From the NCBI GenBank assembly GCA_017615795.1, contig JAFZZK010000029.1, positions 7,519 to 71,518 of the forward strand: a DNA stretch of 64,000 nucleotides. The letters are read 5' to 3'. Origin of the DNA: Bacteroidales bacterium (GTDB lineage: Bacteria; Bacteroidota; Bacteroidia; Bacteroidales; WCHB1-69). The notes beneath the pieces were generated by a model, which searched no databases, was not told the origin of the DNA, and was given only the letters and a program-made list of their open reading frames with translations. The stretch's first letter is position 1; each line of letters opens with the position of its first letter. Positions 59,121-64,000 of the stretch are shown here, in pieces. Made by a program: the position numbers and the translations under genes.

Positions 59121-60485
59121 ATGAAGGTACATTTTATCGCAATTGGAGGAAGCGCCATGCACAATCTGGCTATTGCCCTCCGTCTGAAAGGCTACGAGGT
59201 TACAGGTTCCGATGATGAAATCTTCGATCCCGCCAAGGGACGCTTGGCAAAGTACGGCATCCTGCCCGAAACTGTCGGCTGGCATCCGGAACGCATCACC
59301 CCCGATATTGACGCCATTATCCTCGGCATGCACGCCCGCATCGACAACCCCGAATTGCTGAAGGCTAAAGAGCTGGGACTTAGGATTTACTCATATCCGG
59401 AATATCTCTATGAGCAGAGCAAGGATAAGACCCGCATCGTGGTGGGCGGCAGCCACGGCAAGACCACCATCACCTCCATGATTATCCACGTGCTGCAGCA
59501 AAACCATATCGACTGCGACTATATGGTGGGGGCGCAGCTCGAAGGCTTTGAGGTTATGGTCAAGCTCTCCTCGGAGGCGCGCATCATGGTCATCGAGGGC
59601 GACGAATACCTCACCTCGCCCATCGACCGTCGGCCCAAGTTCCACGTCTATCAGCCCAATGTCGGTATTGTCAGCGGTATTGCGTGGGATCACGTGAACG
59701 TGTTCCCGACATTTGACATATATGTCGAGCAGTTCGAGAAATTCGCCAACATGATTCCGTCTGACGGTACCTTTATATATTATGATAATGACGAGGTGTT
59801 ACATGCGCTTGGCGAGCGGGTTGTTGGCCCGCGGAAACAGCCCTACAGTGTGCATCCGCATCATATCAAGGATGGTGTCACCTATTTGGAGACCTCGGTC
59901 GGCGACGTGCCGTTGCAGATTTTCGGGCGTCACAACTTGGCCAACCTGAATGCCGCGCGGCTCGCCTGTGGCGCCGTGGACGTTTCCGACGCTGACTTTT
60001 ATCGCGCTATTTCCACTTTTAAGGGCGCATCCAAACGCTTGGAATTGGTGGCTAAGAATGACAACAGTCTTGTGTACAAAGACTTTGCCCATTCCCCATC
60101 TAAGCTCAAGGCTACCATCGCGGCTGTGCGGGAGCAATATCCCGACAAGCATCTCGTGGCCTGCATGGAACTGCACACTTTCAGCAGCCTGACCGAGTCA
60201 TTTCTCGCCCAATATGCTGGTGCGATGGACGATGCCGACGAGGCTATCGTCTATTTCTCGCCAGAGGCCATTGCTTTGAAAAAATTGCCGCCCATCCAGC
60301 CGCAGATGATCATGAAGGCGTTTGCCCGTCCCGACCTGTCCGTTTTCGATGATTCTGAAGATTTAAAAAAGAGGCTTTTAAACCTTCCCATGCAAGATGC
60401 AGTCTTGCTCATGATGTCCTCCGGTAATTTTAATGGAATTGATGTGAACGAGTTAGGAGAAAAAATTATATCTTTGCGGCCTTAA
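59121..60485 (+). CDS. mpl: Murein peptide ligase (Mpl/MurC family)
   Basis: HFIAIGGSAM, GSHGKTT, EGDEY, DFAHSP and MSSGNF motifs; -7 element at 59092-59099. Confidence 0.85.
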   Translation: MKVHFIAIGGSAMHNLAIALRLKGYEVTGSDDEIFDPAKGRLAKYGILPETVGWHPERITPDIDAIILGMHARIDNPELLKAKELGLRIYSYPEYLYEQSKDKTRIVVGGSHGKTTITSMIIHVLQQNHIDCDYMVGAQLEGFEVMVKLSSEARIMVIEGDEYLTSPIDRRPKFHVYQPNVGIVSGIAWDHVNVFPTFDIYVEQFEKFANMIPSDGTFIYYDNDEVLHALGERVVGPRKQPYSVHPHHIKDGVTYLETSVGDVPLQIFGRHNLANLNAARLACGAVDVSDADFYRAISTFKGASKRLELVAKNDNSLVYKDFAHSPSKLKATIAAVREQYPDKHLVACMELHTFSSLTESFLAQYAGAMDDADEAIVYFSPEAIALKKLPPIQPQMIMKAFARPDLSVFDDSEDLKKRLLNLPMQDAVLLMMSSGNFNGIDVNELGEKIISLRP

Positions 60486-60522
60486 ATTTTGTAAGGAATA
60501 AACGTTAAAATATTGTAATACA

Positions 60523-61620
60523 ATGAAAAAACTTAGTTTATCAATTTTGATGGTTGTCGCTTTTGTGTTTTGTTATGCGCAACCGAAGATTCAATTTGAC
60601 CAGACTACGTATGATTTTGGCCAAGTTCGCGAGGAGGGTGGCAAGGTCACTGGAAAATTCGAGTTTACCAATGTCGGTAACGAGCCGTTGGAATTGACAC
60701 AAGTGCGTCCGGGTTGTGGATGCACCGCCGCCAATTATTCCAAGGGCCAGATCGCCCCGGGAGAAAAAGGCTATATCGAGGCTACATACAACCCCTATAA
60801 CCGTCCCGGTCATTTCAATAAAAACATTCGGGTGACGACCAATGAACCGCAGTTCCTCGAAGACAGCAAGGCGGCTCCTCACATGATTTTCATCAAGGGA
60901 GAAGTTCTGAAACGCCCGGCTACTGAGTTTGAAAAAGCCGGTTATACCAAGACCGCTGGAATGGCCCGCTTCTTTGAACCTAACGTTTCCCATAATCTGC
61001 TGAATACGGAAAGCGTGCTGGACACTTTCAAGGTTCGTAACTTCTGGACCAAGCCCGTCAATTTCCGTCTTGAAAGCACCGCCCCCTATATCACGGAACA
61101 GTACCGTAGCTTCGGCGGCGACCTGCAACCGAACGAAGAGGGCATCATTGTCCTGAAATATGATGCGGGCAAGCGTGCCGCGTTCGGCCAAATGAAAGAT
61201 GCCGTCACCTACATGACCACGGATTCCATCGAAGTCAAGAAGCAACTTCATTTCGCCGTCAACATCAAGGAGGATTTTTCCACGCTTACGCCGAAACAAC
61301 TGAAAAAGGCTCCGATATCTTCTTATAGCATTGAACAGTACGATTTCGGTCAAGTCCAGAAAAACAGTCAGCATGAAATGGAATTTCAGGTTACTAATAA
61401 TGGAAAAAATCCGTTGATCATCCGAAATTTGGCTTCTTCTTCCATCATGTTCAAGGCCGCCGCCACATTGACCGAGATTCCTGGCGGCGCCACCTCCACC
61501 ATTAAGGTGACTTTTAAGTCCAATAATCGTGCTGGTATGCAAAAAGCCACGATTGAGGTCATCACGAATGATCCTGCCAACCCCATCAAGGTTATTACCT
61601 TGAATGCACAAATTATGTAG
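60523..61620 (+). CDS. DUF1573 Ig-like repeat protein
   Basis: Signal peptide; YDFG...F.FTN.G..PL...GCGCT; repeated YDFG module. Confidence 0.85.
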   Translation: MKKLSLSILMVVAFVFCYAQPKIQFDQTTYDFGQVREEGGKVTGKFEFTNVGNEPLELTQVRPGCGCTAANYSKGQIAPGEKGYIEATYNPYNRPGHFNKNIRVTTNEPQFLEDSKAAPHMIFIKGEVLKRPATEFEKAGYTKTAGMARFFEPNVSHNLLNTESVLDTFKVRNFWTKPVNFRLESTAPYITEQYRSFGGDLQPNEEGIIVLKYDAGKRAAFGQMKDAVTYMTTDSIEVKKQLHFAVNIKEDFSTLTPKQLKKAPISSYSIEQYDFGQVQKNSQHEMEFQVTNNGKNPLIIRNLASSSIMFKAAATLTEIPGGATSTIKVTFKSNNRAGMQKATIEVITNDPANPIKVITLNAQIM

Positions 61621-61643
61621 ACAAAATTCAATATCTGAATATG

Positions 61644-61670
61644 AAGGCGTGGGCATTCCACGCCTTTTTT
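61644..61670 (+). terminator. Intrinsic terminator
   Basis: AAGGCGTGG-GCATT-CCACGCCTT followed by a T-tract. Confidence 0.75.
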
Positions 61671-61779
61671 GTTTGTATCCATCAATGGTTCTGAGAGGTA
61701 AATCATTTTATGGATGCCTAAAACCATTTTGAAAAATCTGCCATTTTTTTTGTATTTTTGCAGTTCCTAAAACGACCTT

Positions 61780-62184
61780 ATGAGAAAGATGAAAACATTG
61801 ATGTTAGCAATGTTGGCGGCCTTGTCGCTCTCGTTCGCTTCTTGCGCGTCCAAGGGGGGTGACACCCAGACTCCGGAGTCTGCCGCCAAGACTTTTGTGA
61901 CAGCCTTCTATACGGCTGATTTCGACGAGTTGTACAAAAGTACAGCGAAAAGCAACCGCCCCATTATCCAACAACTGCAAAAACACATGAACGACCATCC
62001 GGATAAGCTTCAGCAAATGCGCAAGAACGAGATCGTCATCAACGATGTGAAGTGCGAGATGCAGAATGATTCTGTGGCGGAATGCAAGTGCCAGTTCCTG
62101 TATAACCAGAAGAAACAGACCGCCACTTATAACATGCGCAAGGAGGATGGTACTTGGCGTGTGGACCTGACCATTAAGTATTAA
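61780..62184 (+). CDS. DUF4878 / NTF2-like lipoprotein
   Basis: Lipobox FASC; TPESAAKTF; KEDGTWRV; -7 element at 61753-61760. Confidence 0.75.
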   Translation: MRKMKTLMLAMLAALSLSFASCASKGGDTQTPESAAKTFVTAFYTADFDELYKSTAKSNRPIIQQLQKHMNDHPDKLQQMRKNEIVINDVKCEMQNDSVAECKCQFLYNQKKQTATYNMRKEDGTWRVDLTIKY

Positions 62185-62224
62185 TGACTTTTTAGAACCC
62201 AAACATAAAACCCCAAATATAACG

Positions 62225-63511
62225 ATGAATTTTGTAGAAGAACTCAAGTGGCGTGGAATGCTCCACGACATCATGCCCGGTACTGAAGAATTGTTGAACA
62301 AAGAGGTCGTCAGCGCCTATCTCGGCATTGATCCGACCGCGGATTCCTTGCATATCGGACACCTCGTGGGTATCATGATGCTCTCGCACCTGCAACGCTG
62401 CGGCCACCAACCTATAGCCTTGCTCGGCGGTGCCACCGGCATGATCGGAGACCCGTCAGGCAAATCCCAGGAACGCAATTTGTTGGACGAAGAGACCCTG
62501 CTCCATAACCAAGAATGTATCAAGAAGCAGCTCTCGAAATTCCTGAAGTTCGACTCCAACGAACCCAACCGTGCCCTTCTTGTCAACAACTACGACTGGA
62601 TGAGCAAGTTCACATTCCTCGAATTTATCCGTGACATCGGCAAGCATATCACTGTCAACTACATGATGGCCAAGGACTCCGTCAAGAAGCGCTTCAACGG
62701 CGAGGGTGACGGCATGTCTTTCACGGAATTCTCTTACCAGTTGGTGCAAGGCTACGATTTCTTGTACCTCAATCAAAACTACAACTGCAAGCTCCAAATG
62801 GGTGGTTCCGACCAATGGGGCAACATCACCACAGGCACCGAGCTTATCCGTCGTAAGACTGGCGGCGAGGCCTACGCCCTCACCTGCCCGCTGATCACCA
62901 AGGCTGACGGCGGCAAGTTCGGCAAAACCGAGAAGGGCAACGTCTGGCTTGACCCGGAACGCACCTCCCCGTATGCCTTTTACCAGTTCTGGCTCAACTG
63001 TTCCGACGAAGATTCCAAGCGATATATCCGTATCTTCACCCATTTCACCAAAGAGGCCATCGAGGCCATGGAGAAGGACCACGATGCAGAACCGCACAAT
63101 CGCATTCTGCAAAAGGCCTTGGCCAAGGACTTGACCGTGCGCGTCCACTCCAAGGAAGATTATGAGGCTGCGGTCAATGCTTCCGAGATTCTCTTCGGCA
63201 AGGGCACTGCACAGAGCCTCGCCGCCCTGCCCGAAAAACTCTTCCTCTCCATCTTCGAGGGGGTGCCGCAGTTCGACCTGCCCCTTTCCACGATTGAGAA
63301 CGGCTGCGGTGTCGTGGACTTTCTCGCTGAACATACCCAAATCTTTGCTTCCAAAGGTGAAGCCCGCCGCATGCTCAAGGATAACGGCGTCTCCATCAAC
63401 AAGTCCAAAGTGAAGGAAGATGCGATAGTGACAAAAGACAGTCTCTTGAATCAACGCTATATATTAGTCCAGAAGGGGAAGAAAAATTATTTCATTGTCA
63501 AAGTACAGTAG
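62225..63511 (+). CDS. tyrS: Tyrosine--tRNA ligase
   Basis: [30 protein letters not shown] and a C-terminal S4 domain. Confidence 0.97.
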   Translation: MNFVEELKWRGMLHDIMPGTEELLNKEVVSAYLGIDPTADSLHIGHLVGIMMLSHLQRCGHQPIALLGGATGMIGDPSGKSQERNLLDEETLLHNQECIKKQLSKFLKFDSNEPNRALLVNNYDWMSKFTFLEFIRDIGKHITVNYMMAKDSVKKRFNGEGDGMSFTEFSYQLVQGYDFLYLNQNYNCKLQMGGSDQWGNITTGTELIRRKTGGEAYALTCPLITKADGGKFGKTEKGNVWLDPERTSPYAFYQFWLNCSDEDSKRYIRIFTHFTKEAIEAMEKDHDAEPHNRILQKALAKDLTVRVHSKEDYEAAVNASEILFGKGTAQSLAALPEKLFLSIFEGVPQFDLPLSTIENGCGVVDFLAEHTQIFASKGEARRMLKDNGVSINKSKVKEDAIVTKDSLLNQRYILVQKGKKNYFIVKVQ

Positions 63512-63550
63512 CTGTTGGCCATTAGCCATTAGCTTTAAACTATAAACTAT
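63509..63550. repeat. Degenerate 7-bp tandem repeats
   Basis: TAGCTGT TGGCCAT TAGCCAT TAGCTTT AAACTAT AAACTAT. Confidence 0.65.
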
Positions 63551-63555
63551 TATAC

Positions 63556-64000
63556 ATGGCTTGGGGTAGCATCATTTTTATCATCCTGGTCGGCATTTTG
63601 CTGATGATATTGGATTTTTTGGTCATCCCGGGAGGGGTGGTGGCCATCTTCGGCGTGCTCTGCATGATAGGTGGGGTAGTGGCCTCTTTCGTTCAGTACG
63701 GTGCCACGGCTGGGGTTGTCTGCCTGCTCGTCACCGCAGTTGTGACCATCGGTTCATTTGTGCTGATGATGCGAACCAGGACATGGCGTCGCTTGCAACT
63801 TAAGACCGAGATTGACGGCAAGATGAACGATGTTGACCCGGAGAAAGTCAAGGTGGGCATGACGGGTGTTGCCCTTTCGCGCCTGGCCCCCATGGGTACG
63901 GGACAGTTCGGCGATGAAATCGTTGAGGTCTCCTCCACCCAGGAATTCATTGAGGTGGACACCGAAATCGAAATCGTGAAGATTGATGGAGGCAAAGTCA
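63556..64000 (+). CDS. NfeD family membrane protein, running off the window end (absent from the ORF track)
   Basis: My translation: MAWGSIIFIILVGILLMILDFLVIPGGVV...GMTGVALSRLAPMGTG...VEVSSTQEFIE...; TM helices plus an OB-fold C-terminus. Confidence 0.8.
   Translation, partial: MAWGSIIFIILVGILLMILDFLVIPGGVVAIFGVLCMIGGVVASFVQYGATAGVVCLLVTAVVTIGSFVLMMRTRTWRRLQLKTEIDGKMNDVDPEKVKVGMTGVALSRLAPMGTGQFGDEIVEVSSTQEFIEVDTEIEIVKIDGGKV

Overview
Core-chromosome segment of a Bacteroidales (Bacteroidota) genome, judged from repeated TAnnTTTG (-7) promoters, T9SS-sorted proteins and Bacteroidota-type orthologues. It holds about 50 CDS, mostly housekeeping (pfk, murA, tsaE, fumC, malic enzyme, clpB, pcm, dnaA, recJ, rpsA, hemW, glmM, fabG, glyA, pepC, mfd, mpl, tyrS), plus one initiator tRNA-Met. 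I found no integrase, transposase, reverse transcriptase, CRISPR array or defence island, so I cannot claim a clear new system. Best leads: (1) a SulA/CapB-type cysteate acyltransferase (K251 and K281) pointing to sulfonolipid synthesis, with an orphan threonine/cysteate-synthase-like PLP enzyme elsewhere in the window; (2) a 500-bp ORF-free interval holding a multi-stem structure, a sigma54-like motif and a Flavo-1-like element; (3) an alanine-dehydrogenase homologue that lacks its NAD-binding domain; (4) a sigma54-type promoter with a palindromic site upstream of clpB; (5) a VWA/beta-barrel chimera and a C10 protease carrying two FISUMP modules; (6) an ECF-sigma deletion scar. All family assignments come from motif recognition and recall, not database searches.
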